Part shown: piece after piece, positions 36,427 to 48,044 of the stretch
Numbering within the stretch: the first letter of the stretch is position 1
Layout: each line of letters starts with the position of its first letter
Virus record (IMG/VR): IMGVR_UViG_3300017917_002765
Coordinates: 64,001-128,000 of that record
Direction: 5' to 3' (one strand)
DNA length: 64,000 nt
Source of the DNA: a virus
Notes under the pieces: model-generated
Databases searched by the model: none
Told to the model about the DNA's origin: nothing
Seen by the model: only the letters and a program-made list of their open reading frames with translations
Made by a program: the position numbers and the translations under genes

Positions 36427-39135
36427 TTATTGAGAAGCATTTAATTGCGAAACTTCTGATATAGCTGATGATGAATAACATCCACTAGCGTCATTTAAAA
36501 CATTAAATTTATAAGCTTTATTTTTATAATGATTAAATAATACACTTGTTGACCCTAAAACAATGTCAGAAATTCCTTTATCAGTTAGTTTACAAGAAGT
36601 TCCTCTTTGGTTAGAATATTTGTCAATAACATTTGGTACTTGTATTGTATAGTCTTTAAGACAATTACAACCATCTGGCATAACAGTTGTTGCCACACCA
36701 CTTGGTTTAAAAAACACAACATACTTATCACCATTGTTATCCGAATATGGTACAGTCGAAGCTGACCAACCACAACTAACTAGACAACCACATCTTTCAA
36801 GACTAAGATTATTAGTTAAAACATATGGTTTACAACAAACATATCCATTATTTTCAAAAAAATCATTTGCTTCAAGATACCATGGAGTACCTTGTAAAGT
36901 TGTTTTGCAACAACCTGTAGATGTATAATATGAATTGTTATAAATAGGGTTTCCATTACTATCTAGGTAAATACTACCATCAATGTTGTATTGATAATAT
37001 TTAAAATTATATAAACCCATCTGTGGATTAAATACACTAGAAGCCAATGATGAATCACAAGGTGGTTCTGTTATATTTTTATTACTAACACAAAGACTCA
37101 TTACATTATCTTCATTTGGTATTTCACATCCACAATCATTTAAAACTGGACTTGGATTTGGGTCTTTTTCAATACTAGGTGTAAATATAACACACTTGTT
37201 TATGTCAATACCATCAAATGTTGATATGTTTACAGTATCTACTACGGTTTGTGTTGTAACTCCATAATTAAACTCACCTAAGTCATAGTTAGTATATAAA
37301 TTATTAGTAAATGTAGTTGTTGTTTCAGAACTAAGAGTTACTGGTTGAAAATTTGGAATCAAACATTTTAATTGCTCAAAATATTTGTGTCCACCATCAT
37401 ATGGACCAACATGTGGATTATTACCAGTAAGTATATCTATCGTGGAACCAGTACCTCCAGTTTCTCTATACCAAAGACCATTGTTTTGGAAATACATATT
37501 ATTGGTATTCGGTAAAAATCTCGGATAACCGTCAGAGTCAATTGGATATAAAGATATATCAGTATCCAATCCGTTTAATCTTAGAACTTCTATAAATAAT
37601 TCTACATCTATTGGTGCATCTGCTTTGTAGATATATTCATTAAACTGAATCAATCCTAATGGTGCCCCAATAAACTTAATTAAAAACTCAACAGCTTTTC
37701 TACTACCTTTTGATTTCCAAATCCAAGGACTGTTTAAAATAATTCTTCTCCAAAGTTCAATATCAGCTTCAACTGCTGTTAAACCAACTGATTGTCCAGA
37801 ATAAGTTGATGGTTTTGGTTTAACATAACTAGCTAATAAATCATTATCAAAAACCGATGATACCAATTCCCACCCTAATACTCTAGCTAAATTTTTAAGA
37901 TAAATGTCTGGTGTATTGTCTAGTTTATCATACGTTACTGTATTTGAAAATTTAATACCAGTAATGTATTTGTTTAACTCATCAAATTCTCTACCATAGA
38001 TTTGAAGAGTTTTGTTAACTTTTTGCCCAGATGTATCTTCATCCAAACCAGAAAGTCTAACTGGTGCTGTATCAAATTCTGAAATTGATTCTGAAACTAA
38101 AAATCTATTCATCAAATTACTAGAAACCAAATCACTATTGGTTGCTATATCAAATAATTTAGTTGCATAATCTTGATAAGCAGTTGTATCAAAATCAATA
38201 TTATAACCATCTGAAACTGGCCATGTTAAACTTTGTTGTGTGTTTAAAATTATACCTAGTTCTGATTTTACGGAGTAACTAAACGTTGCAGTATACAAAG
38301 GAATTACATCCCTACTTAATAAATAATACTGAAAATCTGGTAATTCATTAAAGAATTTATCACAAACAATACTAGAAGGTTTAATATGATAGTTTAAATA
38401 TTGACTAGCAGATGTACCACTAAATGGATTACCTTTAACATTAAAATAAACATAATCATTTGTTTCGTATGTTGAAGCTGTAAATGCTACAACTGGGTAT
38501 TCTACTTTATCATAATAAATAACATATGAAGCATAATTTATTGTTAGATTACGTAAATTATTAGTTTCACTAAAAGTATTTAAAATACTACCATTTTTAG
38601 TATAATTAATAGCAAATTTATTAACTATAAATGATGTGTTTACTTTAAAGCTAGAAACCTCTGTTAATTTATCATAAGCATAGTCTTCAACCGTAAAACC
38701 AACAACTGTTTCACCTAAATTGTTTTGACTTATTGGGTCTAAATACAAAGACGCTGGCCATTTTATGATGATTTCTTCCAAAGAAACTCTCATGAATTCA
38801 CTTAAAGAACCAAACTGAGCGTAGTAGTTTAAATTTGTTTTATCCAAATTTAATATAACTGTGGCATTGTCATTTAATAAAATTTGAGCCTCATCAGGTG
38901 TTACATTTAAATCTGTTAGTGTAATAAAATTCGAAAAGCTAGTAGTTGTGTAAGTTTTAGATATTTTTGGGTCTATATTTGTCGTAATAGAAAAATTACC
39001 AAGAGTAAATAAAGGCGTACCACCATCACTAGCCAATTGAAGACCCACCAAATCTGGTGAGAAATTTCTGTATTCTATACCATCGGCATAAGTAACTTTT
39101 TTTGCGTAACCTACAACTTTAATTCTATTGCTCAT
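36427..39135 (-). CDS. baseplate wedge protein (T4 gp7/P2 gpI-like core)
   Basis: LARVLGW...LWRRIILN..WIWKSKGSRKAVEFLIKFIG motif. Confidence 0.65.
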   Translation of the reverse strand: MSNRIKVVGYAKKVTYADGIEYRNFSPDLVGLQLASDGGTPLFTLGNFSITTNIDPKISKTYTTTSFSNFITLTDLNVTPDEAQILLNDNATVILNLDKTNLNYYAQFGSLSEFMRVSLEEIIIKWPASLYLDPISQNNLGETVVGFTVEDYAYDKLTEVSSFKVNTSFIVNKFAINYTKNGSILNTFSETNNLRNLTINYASYVIYYDKVEYPVVAFTASTYETNDYVYFNVKGNPFSGTSASQYLNYHIKPSSIVCDKFFNELPDFQYYLLSRDVIPLYTATFSYSVKSELGIILNTQQSLTWPVSDGYNIDFDTTAYQDYATKLFDIATNSDLVSSNLMNRFLVSESISEFDTAPVRLSGLDEDTSGQKVNKTLQIYGREFDELNKYITGIKFSNTVTYDKLDNTPDIYLKNLARVLGWELVSSVFDNDLLASYVKPKPSTYSGQSVGLTAVEADIELWRRIILNSPWIWKSKGSRKAVEFLIKFIGAPLGLIQFNEYIYKADAPIDVELFIEVLRLNGLDTDISLYPIDSDGYPRFLPNTNNMYFQNNGLWYRETGGTGSTIDILTGNNPHVGPYDGGHKYFEQLKCLIPNFQPVTLSSETTTTFTNNLYTNYDLGEFNYGVTTQTVVDTVNISTFDGIDINKCVIFTPSIEKDPNPSPVLNDCGCEIPNEDNVMSLCVSNKNITEPPCDSSLASSVFNPQMGLYNFKYYQYNIDGSIYLDSNGNPIYNNSYYTSTGCCKTTLQGTPWYLEANDFFENNGYVCCKPYVLTNNLSLERCGCLVSCGWSASTVPYSDNNGDKYVVFFKPSGVATTVMPDGCNCLKDYTIQVPNVIDKYSNQRGTSCKLTDKGISDIVLGSTSVLFNHYKNKAYKFNVLNDASGCYSSSAISEVSQLNASQ

Positions 39136-39141
39136 TTTCTA

Positions 39142-40065
39142 TTATAAGGTTGTTACAGTTGAAAATCTTTTAGTAAAATCAATACTGGTTCTTTGTTCTC
39201 TAATTTCAAACAATGGAGAACCAGTAAACCTATCTTTGATTTCATACAAGTCATATTGCTTGTAAATATCATTATTAAAGTTATAAATAGTATAAATTCC
39301 ATCTTCAAGAGACTTGGTTTGATTACCAAATATACCAAAAGCTAATGTTTCAATATCGTGTTGTACCACTTCAATTTCAACCATTATAGGGTTAAAAAAT
39401 GTATTTGTAATAATAACATTTTGGTTTGGTTGACCAATGTATGGTAACGCATTTGGTTTAACGTTTGATGCTGAAGCTGGTGAAACTGTACAAAAAGTTA
39501 ATGATGAATTGTCGTTAAATCTATATCTAATAGCCTTTTGATTTGAATTTGTTAAATTTTGATTAACTGCTTCAGCTCTGTTATTTGATGTTATAACCCT
39601 AAAAAAGTTGTGAATCTTTGCATCTGGAGATGATGTGTTTGTATCTAAATATTCAACTCTATAACCAACCAACCCATTATTTTCAAATTTAGCTAAAAAT
39701 TCAGTAGGTATTGTTGATGTGTCAAATAATAAACCAGAAATATCTGGAAAAGCAGATAATACACCAACATCTGTAATTGTTGTTCTAATCTCTATAGGTT
39801 TTATAATAATGGTGTAAAAACCCTTAAGACCAAATGTAGCTGCTGGTAGCTTAAGCGTATACATACCACCAAATAATTCAAAACCAGTTATGTTTGATTG
39901 GATTTTATTTGGGTTATCTATAGGTATTAAAACTTCAGATGGATTCAATTTTGAAAGCGCTGTGTTTCCTATACTATCTCTAGATGGTGTAAAATGATAA
40001 AATATCTCTACATCACTTGGCGTGATGTCAGCTGGTCGTACTATTCCATAGGTGCCTGTTGCCAT
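39142..40065 (-). CDS. virion structural protein
   Basis: 307 aa in the tail module. TTACTTAT motif at 40104-40111. Confidence 0.7.
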   Translation of the reverse strand: MATGTYGIVRPADITPSDVEIFYHFTPSRDSIGNTALSKLNPSEVLIPIDNPNKIQSNITGFELFGGMYTLKLPAATFGLKGFYTIIIKPIEIRTTITDVGVLSAFPDISGLLFDTSTIPTEFLAKFENNGLVGYRVEYLDTNTSSPDAKIHNFFRVITSNNRAEAVNQNLTNSNQKAIRYRFNDNSSLTFCTVSPASASNVKPNALPYIGQPNQNVIITNTFFNPIMVEIEVVQHDIETLAFGIFGNQTKSLEDGIYTIYNFNNDIYKQYDLYEIKDRFTGSPLFEIREQRTSIDFTKRFSTVTTL

Positions 40066-40114
40066 TGTATGTTTTTAAGTTTTAAAGATAGTTATAGTTT
40101 CAAATAAGTAATTA

Positions 40115-40918
40115 TTATGTTCTTCTTATGGTATAAAAACCGTTACCGTATCTGGTAAGTTGTCCCAAATTTGTAATTTCAGACATTCTTAAATGCATAT
40201 CCATAACGCTAGTTACACCTCTTTCTATAAATACATCATTTTGTACTTCTGGTTTAGAAATAATTCCAAATAAATATTCTTCTTTTGTTAAAGCCGATAA
40301 TGATACATTTGTTTGATTTAATCCTTCACCAACAAATCTAAATTCAGTTAAGGGTATTGTGGTTTGAACACCATCTATTATCGTTGTTTTGGTTAATCCA
40401 GTGTAATCTTTATATAAAATTCCAGTATTTTGATTGTTGGTACCAATATCCTGATTATTTTCAGCATCAAATACATATATAGAAGGTTCTCCGTCACTAA
40501 TTATTCTACTAACTCCATCAACATTTACTCCTTGATAATTGGTATAATTTTCAACATCCATATCGAACCCTACAATATATCTATCATCCTCATCGTAAGA
40601 CATCAAATCTTCTTTTTTTGTATCGGTTGTTCCAGTAATAAATAAATTTTGATAATTGTAATAATTCGTTTCATTGGTATTTTGAAATCTAAGTGTAATA
40701 AGTTCTGTAGGTGATAAAGGGGTTGTGTAAGTTGTCGCTGTAATTGATGGAATGTAGTCTAAATTAGTAAAAAGACCCATATCATCAATATTTTGTGTTA
40801 AAAAAACATTAATGTAGAAAGAAGTAGCAGTTAAGGTTCCCCAATTCGAATTGTTGCTACTCCTATCTATACTATTTTCTAGTAATATTTTACGTTTAAT
40901 AATAGAATACATTTTCAA
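40115..40918 (-). CDS. virion structural protein
   Basis: 267 aa, T/N-rich, in the tail module. Confidence 0.7.
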   Translation of the reverse strand: MKMYSIIKRKILLENSIDRSSNNSNWGTLTATSFYINVFLTQNIDDMGLFTNLDYIPSITATTYTTPLSPTELITLRFQNTNETNYYNYQNLFITGTTDTKKEDLMSYDEDDRYIVGFDMDVENYTNYQGVNVDGVSRIISDGEPSIYVFDAENNQDIGTNNQNTGILYKDYTGLTKTTIIDGVQTTIPLTEFRFVGEGLNQTNVSLSALTKEEYLFGIISKPEVQNDVFIERGVTSVMDMHLRMSEITNLGQLTRYGNGFYTIRRT

Positions 40919-40926
40919 TAATTATT

Positions 40927-41784
40927 TTATAATGCCCTTATTTGATATAAATTAACCCTAACAATTTTATTACGGTTGACATAAATAACATTATTTGTAC
41001 CTGTAACCCCTGAATTACCTTGATAAGTGTTATCTATTTCATAATAATAACCATCATCTTTTCTAGTTAATTTATATCTAGTATATAATTCGTGAACTAA
41101 TTTATCAATTGGTTGTGGCGAATTTTTAACCATAAGGTTTGTTGACGTACCAATTTTTGCATTATTAAAACTAGCTCTCATGTATAAATATTTTGATTCA
41201 TTTACCGCCAATTCATCTTTATAATCATATAAATAAAAACCTTCAGAAACTTTATCTGGGACAAATAAAGGACTTTCTATTTTAAAAGTTAACGTAATAG
41301 CAGTTGCTGGTAATGGTTGACCTGGAATACCATTTACACTACTTGCAGGGAATAAATTGTCAACCGTAAGTCTTGGATATAAAGTTATATTATTGACTAA
41401 GTTTTGAACCAAGGGATTGTCACTATCGTAAAAATTTAAATTTATAAAACTTTGTTTAAACGCTTCTGTTTGAAATTTAATGTCATCATTTGTGAATCCA
41501 ATTGCTCCATAATTATTAACATAAGTGTTATTTATGTACATATAGACATTGTAATAAATACCATGTAAATAATTTCCATTTAAATCTAATGGTGTAAATC
41601 TGACTTTTTCATAGTCGATTATAGGGTTTATTGCTTTTTCTGTTTCTACATCAACAAAAACTCTATCAACCAACTCAGCTTGGTCTACCAACTGATATTG
41701 CATATTTATAGGAATATTAATAGTAGTAGCAGTAGTTTCACCACTAATAGTATTCAGATTTATTTTAAAATTATTAACAAACAT
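40927..41784 (-). CDS. virion structural protein
   Basis: 285 aa in the tail module. Confidence 0.7.
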   Translation of the reverse strand: MFVNNFKINLNTISGETTATTINIPINMQYQLVDQAELVDRVFVDVETEKAINPIIDYEKVRFTPLDLNGNYLHGIYYNVYMYINNTYVNNYGAIGFTNDDIKFQTEAFKQSFINLNFYDSDNPLVQNLVNNITLYPRLTVDNLFPASSVNGIPGQPLPATAITLTFKIESPLFVPDKVSEGFYLYDYKDELAVNESKYLYMRASFNNAKIGTSTNLMVKNSPQPIDKLVHELYTRYKLTRKDDGYYYEIDNTYQGNSGVTGTNNVIYVNRNKIVRVNLYQIRAL

Positions 41785-43546
41785 CTTCTGAAGAATTAGA
41801 TTTAAAATTATCAGTTATTCTTTCACCAATAGGGTCAGCAGGAAATTTTCCGTAGTATAAATCCCATTCATCAAATGGGTCTTGTCTTCTAAGGTAAAAA
41901 CAATAGTTATTATACAAATAATGACTACCGTTTAAAAAAGCATAGTCTATTAAACTTGTGTTAGTTTGAATTACCCCAATATCTAAAATATCTCTCCAAA
42001 AATATTGACCATTACCCAAATCAGAAGCATAGCTTGGTATATTACCAGTTGTCGCTGTTGTTCCTTGTTCCACATACGTAGATAGTTGTTTTATTTTTAA
42101 CAAATTGTGTGGTTTGTAAAAATAACCTTCTTGTCTAGGACCTAAATTAGTTGTTACTAGTGTAGAATCATTATTAACTTGTGATGAAATATAAGTTATT
42201 TCAGCAGTATATTGTTCTCTATTAATCGTATTAAATCTATGCAAAACATCAGCTAACACTGTTTCTTTTACTTCATATTTATTATACTCCACCAAATCAC
42301 CATAAAAATCATTAGTTAGTGAATTTATTTTGATATCTAATTCCAATGGAACATGACTAGGCCATGGAGAACCATTTCCGTTATGTATTTTATTAATTAC
42401 TGGAATTTTTCTTAAATATTGAATCGTTGGGCTATCATTTAATCTAGCTATTAAAGGTGTTTCAATACCAGATGAAACTTTTGAAAACAAAGCATTACTG
42501 TCTGTTTTAATCATGCTTAAATAAAGTTCTGTTAATGGTCTCCCTAAATTATCAGTTAAATTACTAATATCAACATCATCATTAAAACAAAATTGAGTTA
42601 TAGAATCATTATATATATTTTGACTAAATGCTACATTATAAACTTCAAAATCACCATCTTTCATTACTGGGTAATTTTTTGTTTTTATTTTTTTAAACCT
42701 TCTAAAATAATATTGTGATTCAAAATTATTTACAACCCTTTTAATTCTAGAATTTTCATTTATTAACCCTATTGTTGGATTGGCATCAATCACAAAATAA
42801 TAGTCTTTTAAATCACCATTATCTTTACCAGTTCTAACAACAATATGGTCACCATCATAATTAACTGTTCCACTTATTCTAACAACATCACCAACTTGTA
42901 AATTATGCTTACATGGCATAGCAAAAGCTGTCATTACCCTTGTAGAAACAACTGCTGGTTCAATATCTGCAATCAATAATCCACCATTAACTAAAGTATG
43001 CTCACTATCTACAGCGTGTGGATACGTAATAGTTAACTCCCAGTTTTTAACAAATGGTAAAGAAGGGTTATTATATGGTTTTATATCTGGTAAAAAATAA
43101 AACCTTTCTCTTTTTGGTTCCATATCAAAAAACCCACAAAAACCAGTTCTAGATATGTCTGGTTCATAATAACCAAACCAACCTTGATTTTCAACCAAAT
43201 TTGAATTTATTACAGTAGTATAAACAGGTTCAAAAAATCTATATTCATTTGTTATTGGGTCTTTATAGTTAAAAGTACTCCAAGTATATTCATCATTATT
43301 GTATGAATCATTTAAATTAAATAATGGGTTTGAAGCTACTAAATTAATTGTACCAATAATCCTATAAAAAGTACTTCTTTGTCTTTCAACATTAAATCTT
43401 TCAGCAACATTAACAATATTAATTATTTCATCTGGAGGTAATAACCTTTCACTATTATCTAAAGAAATCTTCAAATATGCATCAGTATTGGTGTTTTCTT
43501 TAGATAATTCAGAATTTAAAATCTTTTGTATTCTTTCAGTACTCAT
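41774..43546 (-). CDS. virion structural protein
   Basis: 590 aa in the tail module. Confidence 0.7.
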   Translation of the reverse strand: MSTERIQKILNSELSKENTNTDAYLKISLDNSERLLPPDEIINIVNVAERFNVERQRSTFYRIIGTINLVASNPLFNLNDSYNNDEYTWSTFNYKDPITNEYRFFEPVYTTVINSNLVENQGWFGYYEPDISRTGFCGFFDMEPKRERFYFLPDIKPYNNPSLPFVKNWELTITYPHAVDSEHTLVNGGLLIADIEPAVVSTRVMTAFAMPCKHNLQVGDVVRISGTVNYDGDHIVVRTGKDNGDLKDYYFVIDANPTIGLINENSRIKRVVNNFESQYYFRRFKKIKTKNYPVMKDGDFEVYNVAFSQNIYNDSITQFCFNDDVDISNLTDNLGRPLTELYLSMIKTDSNALFSKVSSGIETPLIARLNDSPTIQYLRKIPVINKIHNGNGSPWPSHVPLELDIKINSLTNDFYGDLVEYNKYEVKETVLADVLHRFNTINREQYTAEITYISSQVNNDSTLVTTNLGPRQEGYFYKPHNLLKIKQLSTYVEQGTTATTGNIPSYASDLGNGQYFWRDILDIGVIQTNTSLIDYAFLNGSHYLYNNYCFYLRRQDPFDEWDLYYGKFPADPIGERITDNFKSNSSEDVC

Positions 43547-46500
43547 GTTAATATCTTAGTAATTTCACAACCAACATTGTCAGTTATTTTTATTGTTAAA
43601 GGATTAAAAGTACTTTGAATTGTTGCAACATTGTTATTAATACTAACAGTATTTTGTTGAGTTGATGTTACGTTATATGAACCTATACCACCATTAATAG
43701 TTACCGTATAAGTGTATAAACCAGTATTGTTGTTAAATATTTTGGTATGTGTTGCTGATAAGGCAGCGCTTGGTCTTCTTATTGAATTATACTCTATACT
43801 GTTACTCCTACAATTTCCATTGCCAACTAGTCTAAATGTTATTGAATTTGATATGTAAGCTGAAATATTAAAACTCATTATCTGTCCAGGTGTTGTATAC
43901 AACCCATTACTTTGAATTGAAAACCATGTAGGGTCTGCGTCTAATCTATACTCAATATCCTTCAAAGAATTAACTACACCAGCATCTGTTGCAATAAAAG
44001 ATATTTTATATGTATTAGGGTCGCATTGTTTATAAACTAAAGTGTTAGCAGCTGGGTCAATTTGTAGCGGTTGTGGAGTCGAAATTGTTGAAATAACTCT
44101 AAATATTTGTGGTGGGTTTGAACTATCGCTAACTCTTGATGAATATTGACCTGGTAATAATCCAGTCATAGTTGCTGAATTACTATAAAATGTAGTGTCT
44201 GTTATACCAGTGGTTTCAAAAAAATAAATTGAACGACCACCAGTGACAGTTAAAGTTATTTCACCATCAGGTGTATTTGGACAAGAAGCATCTTTTTTGG
44301 TTGGAGTGACTGTTAATGTTGTTATTCCATTAATGGTTAAACCAGTTGTTATACATTGTTTATTTTCTGAATCACTAATAACAACTTTATATGTACCTAT
44401 AGGTAAATTAGTTATTGTAGCTGGTGATTGAATTGGGTTAGCTAGAGATGTTTGTATTGGATTATTGTTTGAATCATATAAATTATAAGTATATGGTGGC
44501 ACACCACCAATTATATTATATATAGTTATCTCTCCATCAACTGTTGTTAAAGATGCTACATCACTAGATACACTTACCAAACATTCTAATGGTTGAGGAC
44601 CAGAAACTGATACTGTTTTAGAAAAAGGATAACCTAATGAATCAACACCAGTAATAACGTATGTTCCAGAACACAGACCGTTAAGTGGTGATATTGGAAG
44701 AGTTTCTGTATTACCACTATGATAATATGGTTGTTGTGGAACACCATTTATATTAGTATTATTACTCGTAACAGTATAATAATATGGTGCTTCACCACCA
44801 ACAAAATCTAGTATTATTTGACCATTACATCCTACACTTGACGGAGTTATTGTTGTTAATACAGAAATATTTGAAGATGTAACAATAGGACATGGATTAA
44901 AATATCTAAAATTCATCTTAGATAAGGCTGTTTTACCTGGAACCATACCAAAAAACATAAAGTATGAATGTTTTGGTTGAACATAATAATTGTCTGATGT
45001 ATAACCTCTAAAATTAGCGTAATCACGACCATTATCACTTATTGAAGAAAAATCATAAACTCCTCGTCTATTTATATTAAAATTAGTGTCAATACCAATT
45101 GGTAATAAATATCTAGTTGGAAAAGATTGGTTTCTATTAATATATGTATAAGTATCTCTAAACTGTAAATTAAAGTCAGATATTTCCTCAACACTTATTG
45201 TACCATCAGCCTCTTTTAAAACAATATTTGTTTGGTCATCAAAAATAGCAGTATCAACATCAACACCAAATTCACATATGTGTCTTAAATTTAAACATTG
45301 TTGGCTGTTAACATGTAAACCACCACAATTAATATCAAAAAATAAACCATTTGTTTCATTAATAGTTACCATTCCACTTTCAACCAAAGCATAACTACCA
45401 TCTGGTTGTTGTTCTATTACACCAGTTTCTGTTGGTAATTTATATGTGGTTTCAACTAAAAAATCTTGTAATTTTGGATAACCTTGCCAATCACAATTAA
45501 GCACTGAACCTAAACAAATAATATCTGTTGCAAACAATCTAAAATTAGTGCTATGTGTTGTTGATGCATAATATAATTCATCTTCGTATTTTTTTACTAA
45601 TCCTTCTCGTATTTTTACATCTCTAGTTTCTTTTTGACAATCTTGTGTAAAAACAGGATTATCACCACATTTAAAACACGTATCTAGTAATTCTTGGTTC
45701 CAGCAAAAATTATCTGGTATACCATTTTTATTACCATCTGCACCAGTATAATTAGGGTCACTAGTGAAGTCTCTACAATCATATTCACAAAATTTCTCAG
45801 CACCTTTTCTTCTTTTTTTATATTTTAATAAAAAATAATATAATGTACCTACTATCCAATCATTATAGAAATCAAACTTAAAAATATTTAAAGCAACTGC
45901 CATTTGAAAAGACCAACAATCATCTAAACCAACTAATATATTTTCACTACAACTACCATTAAAATCATCTCCACAATAATATGTTAAATTAGAACCATTA
46001 AGATTACTTTGATTAAAACCATTAGAACCCCTTCTACATCCTGGTGCAAATCTAACACCGCTATCTGCTGGACACTCAACAGATATACAAGGTATATAAT
46101 CTGGTTTATTTATTCCAAAACCAAAACTATTTAAAAAATCAATAATACCATTTATTATACTTATTATACCATTTATTATAGCAATAATAGTTATATTTAT
46201 TAAATATATAATAAAACCAACTATACTTATCAATATACAAAGTAATGTAAATATCGGATTGATATCTGTGTCTATTCTATTATATGGAAAAGGATTTCTA
46301 CTACCAACACAAGCATCAACATCTTTCATACCAATCATGTTCCTATTGTTGGCTGCTCTAACTTGTTTCTGATATCTTGGTATAAAATTAGAAATTGTAT
46401 ATATTTTATTCCAATATAAATTTTTAAAACTACTATCTTTAGTATTTTCGTCAAAATTATAATCTATTTCGTTACGATTTTGTGGATTATTAGGTACCAA

Positions 46501-47625
46501 ATATTTTGCTCTAGTCCTAAGCTTTCCTTCACCACCAGTTTCATCCATTGATATTCTAAACCTTACATCGGCTCTAGTTGGTACACCTTCATTTTGGTCT
46601 GCTGATGGGATAGTATTACCAGTTTCATCAGTAATAACATAATCTAAATTCATTGGAATTTGAAAAGCCCAAGTTCCGTCTTCATCAATTACTTTTCCAC
46701 CTTCAACACTAAATTCTTCAATTTGTCCATCAATATTTTTTCTTATCATTTCAATCGTACCAGCACCAACAGTTTGTTCACAAACCTTACCAATATTTAT
46801 TAAAGGACGACATAGTTGCGTTAAGTTGTTTTTTTCATTATCACCATATAAACTACCCATAAAAATAGCTGTTGGTGTTACGATAAAATTCAAATCTACA
46901 TCAGCTCTGGTTATACCAATTTCACAATTATCCATATCACCCCAAAATGGTTGTACATTAATACCAATATTGGTCGATTTTATTTGTGGTAATTTATCTA
47001 AGTTCGTATTTTTTTTAAATTTTGTAGAAGTTTCAAATTGTTTTGGTGAATAACCTTGTCTTATGAAATCATATGGTCTTTGTGAAATGGCTCCAGCATC
47101 TGATAAATCAACATCAACATGTAAAATGTGTGTTCCAACTGGAACACCAAAAATCATAAAATCCCCAGCGTTATTAGTTGTACTGGTAAATTTGTAATAC
47201 TTACAATAAACTTCTTGAACTACTTCATTATCTAATATTTCACGTTTATTAGGTAAAGTTCCAACCGATGTAAAACATTCATTGTCAATAGATGGTTCTT
47301 TAGGTAAAACATTATATCTAATACCCTCATTATTTGTATCTGTTACAACTTCATAAGGATATAAATTTTTTATTACACTATTGTTTTTATCTATATCGTC
47401 TATTGGTATGAAAACACTAACTTTAGCATTTGGTACACCAAAACCACTATTAACAATTACTCTACCAACAACAACACCATAATCAGAACAAAAATTTTGA
47501 TAAGCTTCTTCTTGTGTTACTTTTAATGACAATATTTCAATAAAATCAAATTCTTGGTCTAATTTTAATTTTAAATATTTATCACCTCCATTTGGTGTTG
47601 TTTTTATTCTTATTGAATTTGGCAT
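43543..47625 (-). CDS. large tail/baseplate protein with SprB-like repeats
   Basis: 1360 aa. N-terminal GRVIVNSGFGVPNAKVSVF prealbumin-like segment, an internal hydrophobic stretch, and C-terminal G.I.L...GG.PPY.Y repeats. Confidence 0.7.
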   Translation of the reverse strand: MPNSIRIKTTPNGGDKYLKLKLDQEFDFIEILSLKVTQEEAYQNFCSDYGVVVGRVIVNSGFGVPNAKVSVFIPIDDIDKNNSVIKNLYPYEVVTDTNNEGIRYNVLPKEPSIDNECFTSVGTLPNKREILDNEVVQEVYCKYYKFTSTTNNAGDFMIFGVPVGTHILHVDVDLSDAGAISQRPYDFIRQGYSPKQFETSTKFKKNTNLDKLPQIKSTNIGINVQPFWGDMDNCEIGITRADVDLNFIVTPTAIFMGSLYGDNEKNNLTQLCRPLINIGKVCEQTVGAGTIEMIRKNIDGQIEEFSVEGGKVIDEDGTWAFQIPMNLDYVITDETGNTIPSADQNEGVPTRADVRFRISMDETGGEGKLRTRAKYLVPNNPQNRNEIDYNFDENTKDSSFKNLYWNKIYTISNFIPRYQKQVRAANNRNMIGMKDVDACVGSRNPFPYNRIDTDINPIFTLLCILISIVGFIIYLINITIIAIINGIISIINGIIDFLNSFGFGINKPDYIPCISVECPADSGVRFAPGCRRGSNGFNQSNLNGSNLTYYCGDDFNGSCSENILVGLDDCWSFQMAVALNIFKFDFYNDWIVGTLYYFLLKYKKRRKGAEKFCEYDCRDFTSDPNYTGADGNKNGIPDNFCWNQELLDTCFKCGDNPVFTQDCQKETRDVKIREGLVKKYEDELYYASTTHSTNFRLFATDIICLGSVLNCDWQGYPKLQDFLVETTYKLPTETGVIEQQPDGSYALVESGMVTINETNGLFFDINCGGLHVNSQQCLNLRHICEFGVDVDTAIFDDQTNIVLKEADGTISVEEISDFNLQFRDTYTYINRNQSFPTRYLLPIGIDTNFNINRRGVYDFSSISDNGRDYANFRGYTSDNYYVQPKHSYFMFFGMVPGKTALSKMNFRYFNPCPIVTSSNISVLTTITPSSVGCNGQIILDFVGGEAPYYYTVTSNNTNINGVPQQPYYHSGNTETLPISPLNGLCSGTYVITGVDSLGYPFSKTVSVSGPQPLECLVSVSSDVASLTTVDGEITIYNIIGGVPPYTYNLYDSNNNPIQTSLANPIQSPATITNLPIGTYKVVISDSENKQCITTGLTINGITTLTVTPTKKDASCPNTPDGEITLTVTGGRSIYFFETTGITDTTFYSNSATMTGLLPGQYSSRVSDSSNPPQIFRVISTISTPQPLQIDPAANTLVYKQCDPNTYKISFIATDAGVVNSLKDIEYRLDADPTWFSIQSNGLYTTPGQIMSFNISAYISNSITFRLVGNGNCRSNSIEYNSIRRPSAALSATHTKIFNNNTGLYTYTVTINGGIGSYNVTSTQQNTVSINNNVATIQSTFNPLTIKITDNVGCEITKILT

Positions 47626-47639
47626 TACTAATTACTTTC

Positions 47640-47984
47640 CTATTTTGTTATTTCTTCTGATTGTAATAAAATAACATCACTTTCTGTTAATTCATTTATT
47701 TCATTTGGTGAAAATATTTCATCATCTTCATCTTCTTTTTCTTTAAATTTATTACCAATAAATGTTAATAAAGGAAGCAAAGTCACATTTTTATTTAAAA
47801 TTATTGTTTCAAACATTAACCATATTATGTATAAATTTATTAACGGCAACAAAAGTAACATAATAATAAAACCTACTATTTTCAATGTGTATATTAAAAT
47901 AGTAGTTGAATTAAAAGTTATTTTTTCATCTTTTTTAACCAAATTTTCGTCTGATAAATTATTTTTTTTACAATTACAACCCAT
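47640..47984 (-). CDS. small membrane protein (MGCNCKK start)
   Basis: Probable start at MGCNCKK. Central hydrophobic helix and acidic tail. Confidence 0.6.
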   Translation of the reverse strand: MGCNCKKNNLSDENLVKKDEKITFNSTTILIYTLKIVGFIIMLLLLPLINLYIIWLMFETIILNKNVTLLPLLTFIGNKFKEKEDEDDEIFSPNEINELTESDVILLQSEEITK

Positions 47985-48044
47985 AGTTTTCTTTTTAAAC
48001 TTTATTATTCCCAATTATACACATTTTTATACTATAAGGAAACC

